NCBI GenBank assembly: GCA_049599895.1
Contig: JBMYPC010000022.1
Span: 1 to 30,182, forward strand
Source: Bacteriovoracaceae bacterium
Lineage (GTDB): Bacteria > Bdellovibrionota > Bacteriovoracia > Bacteriovoracales > Bacteriovoracaceae
Length of the DNA stretch: 30,182 nt
Direction of reading: 5' to 3'
Shown here: positions 1 to 10,441 of the stretch, one piece after another
Numbering within the stretch: the first letter of the stretch is position 1
How the letters are laid out: every line of letters begins with the position of its first letter
The notes under the pieces: model-generated
The model's input: only the letters and a program-made list of their open reading frames with translations
Told to the model about the DNA's origin: nothing
Database searches by the model: none
Program-made: the position numbers and the translations under genes

Positions 1-1
1 C

Positions 2-1399
2 GATAAATATTATGGCTTTACTTATGAAAGGTCATTGATTCATTTTTATCAATCATTAAATCGTTTTCTTCTTTCTCAACAAAAGTTCTACGAAGGCTAT
101 AAAAAAGGGGAGAAAGACTTTCCTCAAAAAGAGTTAAATCCTTCTGAGATTACTCGAGAAAGACAAGCTGCAAGGGCAGAGCTTCTTGAATGGGACTCCT
201 ATCTTAAAGATGTTAAAAATCAAAAACTTGGCAACTCTGTTTTTAAAGTAGATCTTTTAGCAAAAACTTTTGGGGCTTATGTTCATGAGTCATTCAATAC
301 AGTGAATGACGATCAAGTTGCTTTAAGGCTTTATCAAGATGCTAAACTTTTTCTCTTTCGAAATTACAACTCATACCGAACCTTCAATCGGAACTTTAAA
401 AAGTTTAGAGGCGATTATTCGAAACTCCCCAAAATGAAAAAAGAAGTTGTTGAAAAAAAATATGTCAATATGACAGAGTTTCAAAAAACTTTAAAAGACT
501 TTTTGGATTTTAAAATTTTATCTCTTATTAAAAAAATTAGACCTCGAGATTATAAAAAGCAGGTTCGTCTGCAAAAGCCTACAAAAAAGACTTTAGAGGC
601 CTTAAAGAAATACAAAAACCGTTCTAATGTAGGGATTGTTTTTCAAAAGGGCTTTATACCAAAGAAAAATCCTTCTAAGCAGTATTTTGGTCTCGGAGCG
701 GTTATTGATGATCCTAATGCTTCTGGCGCGGCTAAAGCAGCAGCGGCTATTGGCTCGGTTGTCTTGACTGTCTATGCGGCTCAGACCTTAGGTTTAATGC
801 CACCACCACGAAGCTATAATCCTATTGGTGCCCATATGGGAATTCGAGTAGCCGAAGGAGTGGCCAGGCATTCAGCAATTTCATTTGAGCTTCCCAAAAT
901 GGAGAATCGTCCCTCTTCTAAAATGAGTTATCTCAAAATATCAAATTCAAAAGATAAAAAGACAATTCGTTCCGTAGAGGTCCCAGTGGTTAATCCCTTA
1001 GGAGATATCGCGGCAGAGGCCATCGCTGAAGATTCGGCAGCAAGATATGCAAGAATTGGAACCCGCCTCGCTCTTAAGCACATTGCTGCGATTCTGGCAT
1101 CCTATACAACCTACAAGGCCATGATAAGCAGTGATAAGCCAAAGTTTATTGCAAAAAATGTTGCCGTCTTACAGTACCTCGCTGCTGCTAAGGGAATTCA
1201 GATGAGTGAAAAGGCCGACATTCGTTATTGGAGTTCACTGCCTCAGGACTTAAGGTTTGTAGACTTTTACATTCCTGAAGGTGAGTACCAGCTAAATCTC
1301 GAACTTAAGAAAGGTAAAAAGCTTCTTCAGTCTATTGATCTTGGTAAACAAAAGATGAAGAAGAATCATCAACTTTTAAATGTAAGCTCCAGGATCTAG
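2..1399 (+). CDS. COG3014-like protein, 5'-truncated by the window edge
   Basis: The frame is open from position 2 (DKYYGFTYERSLIHFY...), so TTG35 is probably not the real start. The Y-G-x-x-YE motif and C-terminal ADIRYWSSLP resemble the COG3014 family. Confidence 0.6.
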   Translation, partial: DKYYGFTYERSLIHFYQSLNRFLLSQQKFYEGYKKGEKDFPQKELNPSEITRERQAARAELLEWDSYLKDVKNQKLGNSVFKVDLLAKTFGAYVHESFNTVNDDQVALRLYQDAKLFLFRNYNSYRTFNRNFKKFRGDYSKLPKMKKEVVEKKYVNMTEFQKTLKDFLDFKILSLIKKIRPRDYKKQVRLQKPTKKTLEALKKYKNRSNVGIVFQKGFIPKKNPSKQYFGLGAVIDDPNASGAAKAAAAIGSVVLTVYAAQTLGLMPPPRSYNPIGAHMGIRVAEGVARHSAISFELPKMENRPSSKMSYLKISNSKDKKTIRSVEVPVVNPLGDIAAEAIAEDSAARYARIGTRLALKHIAAILASYTTYKAMISSDKPKFIAKNVAVLQYLAAAKGIQMSEKADIRYWSSLPQDLRFVDFYIPEGEYQLNLELKKGKKLLQSIDLGKQKMKKNHQLLNVSSRI

Positions 1400-1504
1400 T
1401 TTAACGGAGTTCTCTTCTCGGTCATAATGAGGGGATTTCGACAAACTTTCCGGCATTTATAATTTCTCTAATTATTTGACTCTTATTTACCGAATTAGGA
1501 GTCA

Positions 1505-2461
1505 ATGAAATGGACTCACAGAAGAACATTTAAACTTCTAAGCTTTATCGCTCTGACTTTACTGTGTGAAAGTGTTTTTGCTCGCAGCTATCAAAGAAGT
1601 CGTGTTTTAATGCATGATCAGGAAGTCGACTGGAGTGCAAGCTGGCTCAAGCTCGGAAAGACAGAAGGTGACAGTATAAAGGAACTCTTTAAACTGTTAA
1701 GAAAATCAAATACTGGGACGAGAATTCTCTTAAAAACAAGAAACAAACTCGATGTCGAAGGAAGAGATATTCTCGATCTGGTTTCATCAGCTGAGACCTC
1801 CTTAACAGATACAACACTTATTCGAAGGTTCTCTCCCTACAATCCTCTCGATGTAACATATGTGACTCGCTCAACGATTACGATCAACCGCAATCACAAT
1901 GTGATGGATGCCTTATTAGATCTTGCCCACGAATTAACTCATTTTATTTATAGAGCAGCTTTTAACCCTTACGAAGCAAACTTCAATTGGAAGCAGTTTA
2001 TTGCTGATACCGTTGAAGGAAGAGGGGGAGAAGTTGATGCCTACCTTAAAGAATGCCAAGTGATGAAAGAGCTGAGACCAAGATATTATGCCAACGGTTC
2101 GAAGTGTTTGAATGTGGTTGATATGAGAACTGGTAAACTTTCTAAACTTTTGGCCACTCGAGAGTTTTATCGTGTGGGGAATCATCTTAAGAGATTTCAC
2201 CGCCGAGTCAAAGACCTTGATCTTGAGGCAGAAGATCAGAATTTTCCAATTTCAGGAAAAGAAAGCCGTTTTATCTCTTCCGCTTATGGACTCCCTTATC
2301 CTGTTGCGGCGCTAGAGGAATACGCGGTGATTATGAATACAGTGTGCCAAAATGACCAGAAGCGATTAAAGATGATCTCAAGAAGCCCCGCAGTATCTGA
2401 CTCTGAACATCAGGAATACCTTCTGAATTTCAAAAGCCGCTGCCGTTCATTTGTGCAATAG
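1505..2461 (+). CDS. Secreted hypothetical protein with an HExxH zinc-metallopeptidase motif
   Basis: RBS AGGAG precedes the ATG. Signal peptide ends ...SVFA. Contains AHELTH, a downstream GEVDAY and several Cys. Confidence 0.55.
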   Translation: MKWTHRRTFKLLSFIALTLLCESVFARSYQRSRVLMHDQEVDWSASWLKLGKTEGDSIKELFKLLRKSNTGTRILLKTRNKLDVEGRDILDLVSSAETSLTDTTLIRRFSPYNPLDVTYVTRSTITINRNHNVMDALLDLAHELTHFIYRAAFNPYEANFNWKQFIADTVEGRGGEVDAYLKECQVMKELRPRYYANGSKCLNVVDMRTGKLSKLLATREFYRVGNHLKRFHRRVKDLDLEAEDQNFPISGKESRFISSAYGLPYPVAALEEYAVIMNTVCQNDQKRLKMISRSPAVSDSEHQEYLLNFKSRCRSFVQ

Positions 2462-2641
2462 GGTTCATGCCTTACTTTTGCTGCGTTAAGACAAATCTCT
2501 TACAACTTAAATTCCAAGCTAAATTGATGAAGATTCGTTGACCCCAACCAGTTAACTTGGTAAAAATAATAGAGTATAAAAAGTATAAGAGTTTGATTTT
2601 CTTGGTTTCTTTACAGAGACCCAATATCGTTGAGGTTTAAT

Positions 2642-3169
2642 ATGACTCAAACCCAAGCGCCTGCAATGTCAGCGCAGACAGGCCCAATTACAGATGGACT
2701 TATTCTTACGACAGTAGATGATTTTCTCAACTGGGGAAGAAAGAATTCTCTTTGGCCTATGACCTTTGGTCTTGCTTGTTGTGCAATTGAAATGATGGCA
2801 ACAGGTGCTTCTAAGTATGACTTAGAGAGATTTGGTTGTGGAGCTTTTATGGCAACACCAAGACGAGCTGACTTAATGATTGTTGCTGGAACGGTAACTC
2901 TTAAAATGGCTTCAAGAGTGAAGACTCTCTATGAGCAAATGGCCGAACCAAAATATGTGATCTCTATGGGCTCTTGTGCCAACAAGGGTGGACCTTACTG
3001 GCAACACGGATACCATGTCTTAAAAGGTGTCGATGAAGTTGTTCCTGTTGATGTTTATGTTCCTGGATGCCCTCCAAGACCAGAAGCACTTATCGAAGGG
3101 ATTATGACTCTACAAAAGAAAATTTCAAACGAAAGATTATTAAAAGACAAATGGATTAAAAATGCTTAG
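2642..3169 (+). CDS. nuoB: NADH-quinone oxidoreductase subunit B
   Basis: Motifs [16 protein letters not shown] and [14 protein letters not shown]2642 follows a GAGG RBS. Confidence 0.97.
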   Translation: MTQTQAPAMSAQTGPITDGLILTTVDDFLNWGRKNSLWPMTFGLACCAIEMMATGASKYDLERFGCGAFMATPRRADLMIVAGTVTLKMASRVKTLYEQMAEPKYVISMGSCANKGGPYWQHGYHVLKGVDEVVPVDVYVPGCPPRPEALIEGIMTLQKKISNERLLKDKWIKNA

Positions 3170-3791
3170 TGAAATCGTTTCAGATCTTAGTCGTTCTGTT
3201 AATGGCTCTTCAGCAAAACTTAATGAAGCTGAAGTAGGTGATTCATCAGTTCAAGTTGCTTCAAGCACTATCAAAGCTTGTTGTGAAAGATTAAAATCAA
3301 ACTTTGGCTTCAACGTATTACAGGTGATTTCAGCTGTTGATTATCCTCAAGATAATGAAATCGAACTCAACTATATCTTAGCAAACTTCACCAGTGGGGA
3401 TGAGCTAATTTTAAAAACGAGACTTCCTCGTGGTGATGAAAATTCACTTCCCAAAATTGAAAGTGTGACTTCTCTTTGGAAGGCAGCGAACTGGCAAGAA
3501 AGAGAAGCTTACGACATGATGGGGATTGATTTTGTTGGTCACCCAGACCCTCGAAGAATTCTTTGTCCTTATGATTGGACCGGATATCCCTTAAGAAAAG
3601 ATTATGTAGTTCAAGAAGAGTATAACGGGATGGTTGTTAATCCTGAGTCTAAGATGAATCGTGACGATCACTTTTTTGGAGATAAGCTTATCCAAGAAAA
3701 AGGTGATCCCAAAAAGATTGCTTGGAGTTGGAAAGAAGTTATTGACCGTAACGAAAGTAAAAAAGAAACAACAGAAGGAACTCAAGCCTAA
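3162..3791 (+). CDS. nuoC: NADH-quinone oxidoreductase subunit C
   Basis: Motifs [20 protein letters not shown] and GYPLRKDY. Overlaps the nuoB stop. Confidence 0.96.
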   Translation: MLSEIVSDLSRSVNGSSAKLNEAEVGDSSVQVASSTIKACCERLKSNFGFNVLQVISAVDYPQDNEIELNYILANFTSGDELILKTRLPRGDENSLPKIESVTSLWKAANWQEREAYDMMGIDFVGHPDPRRILCPYDWTGYPLRKDYVVQEEYNGMVVNPESKMNRDDHFFGDKLIQEKGDPKKIAWSWKEVIDRNESKKETTEGTQA

Positions 3792-3809
3792 GGCTTAGAG
3801 GAAAACTTT

Positions 3810-4940
3810 ATGCAAGATAAAATAGAAAGTTTAAAGTCGGATCTTTTGACCATCAATATGGGGCCACAACACCCGGCAACCCATGGGGTTTTAAGAGTTG
3901 AAATTAAAACCGATTCAGAGATTGTCGCTGAAGCAGTGCCTCACCTTGGATATCTTCACAGATGTATGGAAAAGCACTGTGAGCATCTTGATTATAGAGG
4001 AGTGATTCCTTTTTGTGATCGAATGGATTACCTCGCATCAATGAGTATGGAATGGGGTTACTGTCTCGCAGTTGAAAAAATGCTTGGCACAGAAGTTCCT
4101 GAAAGAGCAGAGTACATAAGAATTATTATTGGTGAGCTTCAAAGAATTGCTTCGCACCTTATGTTTTTTGGTGTTTATGCTATTGACCTTGGGGCCTTTA
4201 CTCCATTTCTTTATGCTTTCCAGGACCGTGAAGAAATCCTAAGACTCTTTGAAGAGATCTCGGGAGCGAGACTTCTTTATAATTACTTCTGGATTGGTGG
4301 GGTCTGGAATGATGTAAATTCCGAGCAACTCAAAAGAATTGGAAGAATGTGTGACACTTTTGAAGAGAACTTTAAAAAGTATCACAACCTTGTAGGTGAA
4401 AATTCAATCTTCGTTAACCGAACTGCCAATATTGCTCAAGTTACAGAAGAAATGGCCTACGACTTTGGTGCAACTGGACCTGTTCTTAGAGGCTCAGGAG
4501 TTGAGTGGGATCTAAGAAAGAAAAGGCCATATTCTCTTTACGAGAAATTTGATTTTGACGTTATCACTGGAAAAGGTGAGAAGGGCGTTCTTGGTGATTG
4601 TTGGGATCGCTATTATGTCCGAGTTATGGAAATGTTTGAGTCTATCAAAATCATTCGCCAGGCCCTTGATGGGATTGAGGATGGAAAAGTTATGGGCAAG
4701 GTGCCTAAGATTCTTAAAGTTCCAAAAGGTGAAATCTACTGCCGTACAGAATGTCCAAGAGGTGAACTTGGTTACCATCTTGTAAGTGACGGTGGAAAAA
4801 TGCCATACCGATTAAAAGTAAAATCATCTTGTTTTACACATACTTCAATGCTTCCTGAGTTGGCCCCAGGTCAAATGGTTGCTGACTTTGTTGCGACTAT
4901 TGGAAGTATCGATATTGTTTTAGGGGAGGTTGACCGATGA
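3810..4940 (+). CDS. nuoD: NADH-quinone oxidoreductase subunit D
   Basis: Motifs NMGPQHPATHGVLR, DRMDY and ECPRGELG, with C-terminal DIVLGEVDR. Confidence 0.97.
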   Translation: MQDKIESLKSDLLTINMGPQHPATHGVLRVEIKTDSEIVAEAVPHLGYLHRCMEKHCEHLDYRGVIPFCDRMDYLASMSMEWGYCLAVEKMLGTEVPERAEYIRIIIGELQRIASHLMFFGVYAIDLGAFTPFLYAFQDREEILRLFEEISGARLLYNYFWIGGVWNDVNSEQLKRIGRMCDTFEENFKKYHNLVGENSIFVNRTANIAQVTEEMAYDFGATGPVLRGSGVEWDLRKKRPYSLYEKFDFDVITGKGEKGVLGDCWDRYYVRVMEMFESIKIIRQALDGIEDGKVMGKVPKILKVPKGEIYCRTECPRGELGYHLVSDGGKMPYRLKVKSSCFTHTSMLPELAPGQMVADFVATIGSIDIVLGEVDR

Positions 4941-5494
4941 GCGCAGAACACGTTCAAACACTACAAGCAGAGGATCTCTCTGGCCTTAACCTTGAAAGAG
5001 AGCAAGACAAGCTCACACTAGGAAAATGGTTTAAAAATGTTTTCAACGCGATAAAAACGATCTCTAAGGGAATGAGAATTACTTTTAAGTATGTTTACGG
5101 AGTAAAGCCTGTAACAATTGAATACCCTGAAGTAAGAGAAGCATTACCTGAAAACTCAAGATCAAGACTTTTTAACGACGTTGATAATTGTATTTCATGT
5201 CTTCAATGTTCTGTTGCTTGCCCTGTTGATTGCATCTACATCACAGCAGTAAGAAGAGATAAAGAAGCTCCAAAACTTAAGACAGACGATGGAACTCCAA
5301 TCAAACTCGATCTTAAGCAATACACAATTGATACAGCTCTTTGCTGTTACTGTGGTCTTTGTACAACAGTTTGTCCGACTCAGTGTCTGACTCACACAAC
5401 TGATTACGAATACGCTCAGTACACAATCGATTCAATGAAGTACGATTACCTCGATGCCGATATCCGTGCTTGGAAACATCGAATCGTAAAATAA
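4937..5494 (+). CDS. nuoI: NADH-quinone oxidoreductase subunit I (2x[4Fe-4S])
   Basis: Two CxxCxxCxxxCP motifs and VTIEYPE. ATGA overlap with nuoD. Confidence 0.92.
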   Translation: MSAEHVQTLQAEDLSGLNLEREQDKLTLGKWFKNVFNAIKTISKGMRITFKYVYGVKPVTIEYPEVREALPENSRSRLFNDVDNCISCLQCSVACPVDCIYITAVRRDKEAPKLKTDDGTPIKLDLKQYTIDTALCCYCGLCTTVCPTQCLTHTTDYEYAQYTIDSMKYDYLDADIRAWKHRIVK

Positions 5495-5524
5495 GCTCTT
5501 TTTATTTATAAATTTGAGTTTTGA

Positions 5525-5983
5525 TTAGTAATGAATCTTATCGATCTTTTTTGACCATTCATCAAAAACTTCTTTCGCTGACTCACGATCAATTTGTTGA
5601 AGAGGGATCTTACGTTCTTCCATTTCAACTTTAAACTCTTGATAAAGAAACTCATCATCAAAGCCAATTGCAGCAGCATCTTGTCTTGTGTTGGCGTAAT
5701 AGATTTTATCGATTCTTGCCCAGTAGATAGCCGCAAGACACATAGGACAGGGTTCACAGCTCGTATAAATTTCACAACCTTCTAAAGAGAATGTTCCAAG
5801 CTTCTGGCAAGCATTTCTGATCGCCGTAACTTCGGCATGAGCTGTCGGGTCACAAGAGCTTGTCACCTTATTCCAACCTTCAGCAATAATTTCACCATCT
5901 TTCACAATGACGGCACCAAATGGCCCACCTTCGTTACTGTTCATCTTTTCTCTTGAAAGTGAAATGGCCTTCTTCATTGGCAT
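5525..5983 (-). CDS. guaD: Guanine deaminase (cytidine-deaminase superfamily, GuaD type)
   Basis: Motifs GGPFGAVIV, PTAHAE, CEPCPMC and GFDD. AAGGAG RBS before ATG5983. Confidence 0.85.
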   Translation of the reverse strand: MPMKKAISLSREKMNSNEGGPFGAVIVKDGEIIAEGWNKVTSSCDPTAHAEVTAIRNACQKLGTFSLEGCEIYTSCEPCPMCLAAIYWARIDKIYYANTRQDAAAIGFDDEFLYQEFKVEMEERKIPLQQIDRESAKEVFDEWSKKIDKIHY

Positions 5984-6072
5984 ACTGAGCTCCTTGAAAC
6001 TAGTTGTACCCACTTATAACTGACCGATATCAGTTTGTCACATCTTGTCTATGAGATAAGTTGTTGAAAATA

Positions 6073-7380
6073 CTAAGGGTGTTTTGAAATGATAAAGCCC
6101 TTTAAGTAATCACTTTCAGGAAAATTTTCTAAAGCACCACAATCGCCATCTAAGAAAAGCTCTTCTTGGATGGCGTAGTTCTTTGGCAGAAGAGAATTCA
6201 CAACAGATTTAAATTTCTTTCGTGTTGTTTGATGAGTATTGCAAAAAAGAGCAATCTTTCCATTCTCTGTTAAAACTTCAAAGAGCTCCGGAAGAAGCTT
6301 TTCGGTATACTCTAAAACTGAATATCTTTTATTCTTATCTGTAAAACTACTTGGTGGATCGCAAACGATAAATGAGAACTTCTGGTTTTCTTTTTTGAGC
6401 TTTTTAATCGCACTTAGGGTATCGCTTTTAATTGAATAGTGGTTTTTTGTTTCAAGATGAGAGTTAAGCTCAAGGTTTTCTTGAAGCCAGTTAAGATATT
6501 TGGGAGATAAATCTACAGAAACAACTTTTTTCGCTTCAAGCCCTAAAGCATAAAGACTGTAGGCCCCTGTATAACAAAAAAGATTGAGAACTGAATCGGC
6601 TTTATAAAGATGTTCTGATAGCCCTTCTCGAATAGAAGACATGTCCGTATAGATTCCAAAATCGTAGAAGTCCTTCATATTGAGTTTATAGCTTATCCCA
6701 AACTCATTGATGACGACTTCATTATCAATCAGGTCTTGGTCAGAGCTTTTTATTTTGAGTTTTGAAGTATTTCTCACTGTCCAAATGATTGTGATATCTT
6801 CTTCAAAGTAATGATTGAGGCTCTTTTGAAGAATTGATTTCACTTGTTCTTTCTGATGGCCCCAGAAGTTTGCGTACTCTTCAATAAGAACAATATTTTT
6901 AAGCTTTAAGATTTTAAGACCTGGAATTTGGTCATACTCAGAAAACACTAAAAAGAAGTTTTCTCTTTCATTATCGATTTCTTCTTCGATTCTTTCTTCA
7001 ATTGCTTCAGACACTCTTATAGAAAAATCTTCCCAGAAGTTATCGGTGGAGTAAGACTCTTCAGAGTTTTCAAGAACGGTCCAAAGTCTTGCTTTGACTT
7101 TTGAATGTTCTGGATCGTTAAGGAAGACCCATTTCTGATTATTTGATAGGGAGTAGATGAGAGGAAAGTTCTTGGGGAAGTTGAGAGAATAACGATCCTT
7201 CGTGACCCAAGGATGACCCTTTCTTAAATATTTATAGCTATCGGGATGAAGGACAACTTCGCCATCGCTCTTAAGTGACTTTTTGTCATTTCCTCTGTTT
7301 GATGGCCTCTTTTTTATTGAAGGTTTTTTATAGCTTGAGGTGCTTTTTGATTTCTTGGAATTCCTGGATGGCGTCTTCAA
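6073..7380 (-). CDS. Class I SAM-dependent rRNA methyltransferase (RlmI/RlmK-like)
   Basis: PUA-like GHPWV, plus VLNLFCYTGAYS, VDLS and DPPS motifs. The start (TTG7380) is uncertain. Confidence 0.85.
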   Translation of the reverse strand: MKTPSRNSKKSKSTSSYKKPSIKKRPSNRGNDKKSLKSDGEVVLHPDSYKYLRKGHPWVTKDRYSLNFPKNFPLIYSLSNNQKWVFLNDPEHSKVKARLWTVLENSEESYSTDNFWEDFSIRVSEAIEERIEEEIDNERENFFLVFSEYDQIPGLKILKLKNIVLIEEYANFWGHQKEQVKSILQKSLNHYFEEDITIIWTVRNTSKLKIKSSDQDLIDNEVVINEFGISYKLNMKDFYDFGIYTDMSSIREGLSEHLYKADSVLNLFCYTGAYSLYALGLEAKKVVSVDLSPKYLNWLQENLELNSHLETKNHYSIKSDTLSAIKKLKKENQKFSFIVCDPPSSFTDKNKRYSVLEYTEKLLPELFEVLTENGKIALFCNTHQTTRKKFKSVVNSLLPKNYAIQEELFLDGDCGALENFPESDYLKGFIISKHP

Positions 7381-7615
7381 GTTTTACTACCAATTGGTTG
7401 GTGACATGAAATGGATCTTTGACTTCATTGATCCCAATTGCACCGAGTTCGAGAACCTGCTCTTCACTGAGTTCACTATAAGGATCGATAGTTTCACAGA
7501 GTTGATTGAGCCGTTCAATTTCGCCTTCAAGAAATCCAAGTTTTTTCTCGAGAAAAACTTTATCAGAGCTGAGATTTGGACCTGTACTATTTAATGTTTC
7601 GTTAGTTGGATTCAA
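7328..7615 (-). CDS. Hypothetical acidic, helical protein (95 aa)
   Basis: GGGAG RBS before TTG7615. Co-oriented with and overlapping the methyltransferase. Confidence 0.6.
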   Translation of the reverse strand: MNPTNETLNSTGPNLSSDKVFLEKKLGFLEGEIERLNQLCETIDPYSELSEEQVLELGAIGINEVKDPFHVTNQLVVKLEDAIQEFQEIKKHLKL

Positions 7616-7754
7616 GGCTTGCTCCCTTTCTATCGGACCTAAGTAGCAATTCTACCTAAAATAGACATGAGTTGTCAAAAATGACGCTTGGCAAACTAAG
7701 TTGGTGTCTAATTTGTATAAAAAATTACAGGTTTAAGTGACAAAGGGGACATAA

Positions 7755-8657
7755 GTGCTTCAAATTTTTATCATTTCTGGCTATTTCGGGATCATTTTCT
7801 TTTTGTTGAAATGTTTTTTACCGAAAAAAGGCCTTCGTTTGGGAGCGGCCCTTGCAACCATTGGATTAAACGACATTTCAAAAGAGGGCCAGCGTCTTAT
7901 TGGGGAGATTCAAAGATGTCTTCTTCGGATCAGCTCCTTTGGAGCCGAAGGTTTCGTGATTGAAACGGTTTATAAAGAATACTCTGAAATTGCGAAGGAT
8001 CTGATTTTTGAGCACAGTAAGCTTGGGGGGTCGATAAGAGAATATCTTGAGTTTCTTTTAGACCGAGTCGAAGAAGATATCGGTTTTGAAAAAGAGCAGT
8101 TTTCCTCTAGGTCAAACTGCTTGATTCAGGCGATCTTTATCATGGTTGTTATCGGAGTTTTCTATTTTTATGCAACAGGAGTTCTGGGGCAGAAAAAAGA
8201 CTGGTTTACCATTGGGATTCTAGCTCTCTTTCAAATGACAACTCTTTCGATACTTCTTTTTGCTCTAAGATGGTTTACTGAGATGAAGCTCTTTCCCTAT
8301 AGCCAGACATTGCTTTTTATCACAAGACTTCATTATTATTTAGGTTTAGGGTTTTCGCCACAAGAAGTTCTCAAGCGTTGCCATTTTGAAGAGTTTCTCA
8401 AAATGAAAACGACGGATAAAAATCTCATTTCGCTGAATAGTGAAATCAAAGCACAAATTGAAGACTGGAGTAAATTTGGAGGAGATTTAAAACAGAGTCT
8501 TAATTCAATGCTTAAAACCTTGAGCCTTCTTCGAAAAACGGCTCTTCAAAATTATCAGAGAATTACAACAGTGGCGCAATTCTTGACTCTTACATTAGTG
8601 GCGATTCCCTCCTTTTTCTTTGTGATATTCCAATTCGTAAGACACGTCTGGTCATAG
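7755..8657 (+). CDS. Type II secretion F-family inner-membrane platform protein (TadB/TadC-like, two repeated domains)
   Basis: AGGGG RBS before a GTG start. About 4 TM segments. Repeated motif [11 protein letters not shown] / [11 protein letters not shown], each copy followed by a helix and a TM segment. Confidence 0.6.
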   Translation: MLQIFIISGYFGIIFFLLKCFLPKKGLRLGAALATIGLNDISKEGQRLIGEIQRCLLRISSFGAEGFVIETVYKEYSEIAKDLIFEHSKLGGSIREYLEFLLDRVEEDIGFEKEQFSSRSNCLIQAIFIMVVIGVFYFYATGVLGQKKDWFTIGILALFQMTTLSILLFALRWFTEMKLFPYSQTLLFITRLHYYLGLGFSPQEVLKRCHFEEFLKMKTTDKNLISLNSEIKAQIEDWSKFGGDLKQSLNSMLKTLSLLRKTALQNYQRITTVAQFLTLTLVAIPSFFFVIFQFVRHVWS

Positions 8658-8749
8658 AGCCTTTGGGTCTTGCTAAGAGGGCGATGTTTAAGCTAGTTTT
8701 AATGACTAAATTTCTTAAAAATTTCTTTACGATGGTTCAGGGAGTCGCA

Positions 8750-10441
8750 ATGAGCACTAAGCCTACAAATGATAAGCAAATCATTTATTCAATGTCACGA
8801 GTTGGAAAAGTCTATAGACAAAAGCATGTCCTCAAAGACATTTCTCTTTCTTATTTTTATGGAGCAAAAATTGGAGTTCTCGGTCTTAACGGTGCAGGGA
8901 AGTCGACTCTCTTAAAGATTATGGCCGGGATTGATGATGACCATCTTGGAACCACGACAATGTCTAAGGGCTACACCATTGGCTACCTTGAGCAGGAACC
9001 AACCCTCGATCCTGAAAAAACAGTTAGAGAAATTGTTCAAGAAGGTGTAGGTGAAGTCATTGATCTTCTGAAGCAATTTGATGATCTCAATGCAAAGTTT
9101 GCTGAGCCTATGGAAGACGATGAAATGCAAAAGCTTCTTGAAAAGCAAGCTGTTCTGCAAGACAAGCTTGATGCTTCCAATGCTTGGGATATTGATAGCC
9201 GACTTGATCTTGCGATGGAATCTTTAAGATGTCCTCCTGCTGATCAAAAAGTAGGAGTTCTTTCTGGTGGTGAAAAAAGGCGAGTGGCCCTTTGTCGTTT
9301 ACTTTTAAAAGAGCCAGATATTCTTTTATTAGATGAGCCCACCAACCACCTTGATGCGGAAACTGTTTGGTGGCTTGAAAGACATCTTCAACAATATAAA
9401 GGAACTGTTATTGCCGTAACCCACGATCGTTATTTTCTTGATAATGTTGCGGGTTGGATTCTTGAACTTGATCGAGGAATGGGGATTCCCTTTGAAGGAA
9501 ACTATTCGGCTTGGCTAGACACTAAGGCCAAACGTCTTGCTCTTGAAGAAAAACAAGAGTCGAAAAGACAAAAAGCAATGAAGGAAGAACTTGAATGGAT
9601 TAACTCAAGCCCTAAAGCGAGACAGGCCAAAAGTAAGGCCAGAATTAAAGATTACGAAGAGAGACTCAAACACTCAAAAGAGAAAAGAGTGGAAACGAAT
9701 GAGCTCTTTATCCCTTCTGGACCTCGTCTCGGTGATGTTGTGATTGAGGCCCACGGTGTTTCAAAAGGCTTTGAAGATAAGCTTCTCTATGAAAATTTAA
9801 ATTTTAAACTTCCTCCAGGTGGAATTGTTGGTGTTATTGGTCCAAACGGTGCCGGTAAGACAACTCTTTTTCGTTTGATAATGGGAGAGATGCAACCAGA
9901 TGCGGGGGAATTTAAAACAGGTGAGACAGTAAGTGTTTCTTATATTGATCAGGGAAGAACCCTCGATGCTGATGAAACTCTACTTCAAACAGTTTCAGAA
10001 GGAACTGAGCTTATCAAGCTTGGTGAAAGAGAAGTGAATGCAAGGGCCTATCTTGCAAAGTTTAATTTCTCTGGTGAAGACCAAAAGAAAAAAGTAAGTG
10101 AATTATCAGGTGGTGAGAGAAATAGAGTTCACCTGGCACGGACTCTTAAGCAAGGGGGAAATGTTCTTCTTCTCGATGAGCCAACTAACGACCTTGATGT
10201 TAATACGCTTCAAGCGCTTGAAAAGGCCCTCATTGAGTTCCCTGGTTGTGCCGTTGTCATTTCTCACGATAGATATTTTATCGATCGAATTGCGACTCAT
10301 ATCCTTGCCTTTGAGGACGACAGTCAGATTGTTTTCTTTGATGGGAACTTCTCTGATTACGAAGAGGATAAGAGAAAGCGACTAGGTGAAAATGCAATCA
10401 ATCCAAAAAGGCATACATACAAAAAGCTAAAACGTGATTAA
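8750..10441 (+). CDS. ettA: Energy-dependent translational throttle protein EttA (ABC-F)
   Basis: Motifs [23 protein letters not shown] and [13 protein letters not shown], with two ABC domains. AGGGAG RBS before ATG8750. Confidence 0.95.
   Translation: MSTKPTNDKQIIYSMSRVGKVYRQKHVLKDISLSYFYGAKIGVLGLNGAGKSTLLKIMAGIDDDHLGTTTMSKGYTIGYLEQEPTLDPEKTVREIVQEGVGEVIDLLKQFDDLNAKFAEPMEDDEMQKLLEKQAVLQDKLDASNAWDIDSRLDLAMESLRCPPADQKVGVLSGGEKRRVALCRLLLKEPDILLLDEPTNHLDAETVWWLERHLQQYKGTVIAVTHDRYFLDNVAGWILELDRGMGIPFEGNYSAWLDTKAKRLALEEKQESKRQKAMKEELEWINSSPKARQAKSKARIKDYEERLKHSKEKRVETNELFIPSGPRLGDVVIEAHGVSKGFEDKLLYENLNFKLPPGGIVGVIGPNGAGKTTLFRLIMGEMQPDAGEFKTGETVSVSYIDQGRTLDADETLLQTVSEGTELIKLGEREVNARAYLAKFNFSGEDQKKKVSELSGGERNRVHLARTLKQGGNVLLLDEPTNDLDVNTLQALEKALIEFPGCAVVISHDRYFIDRIATHILAFEDDSQIVFFDGNFSDYEEDKRKRLGENAINPKRHTYKKLKRD

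Noticed and set aside
3810..4940. Possible group 4 [NiFe]-hydrogenase large subunit
   Set aside because: It lacks the two CxxC Ni-binding motifs and ends in the NuoD-type DIVLGEVDR.
5984..6072. Purine riboswitch upstream of guanine deaminase
   Set aside because: Only a small hairpin (AACTGA/TCAGTT) is present, with none of the conserved purine-riboswitch core.
7328..7380. 53-nt overlap between the 95-aa ORF and the methyltransferase, as a programmed frameshift
   Set aside because: No convincing slippery site or stimulatory structure was seen. A simple overlapping TTG start explains it.
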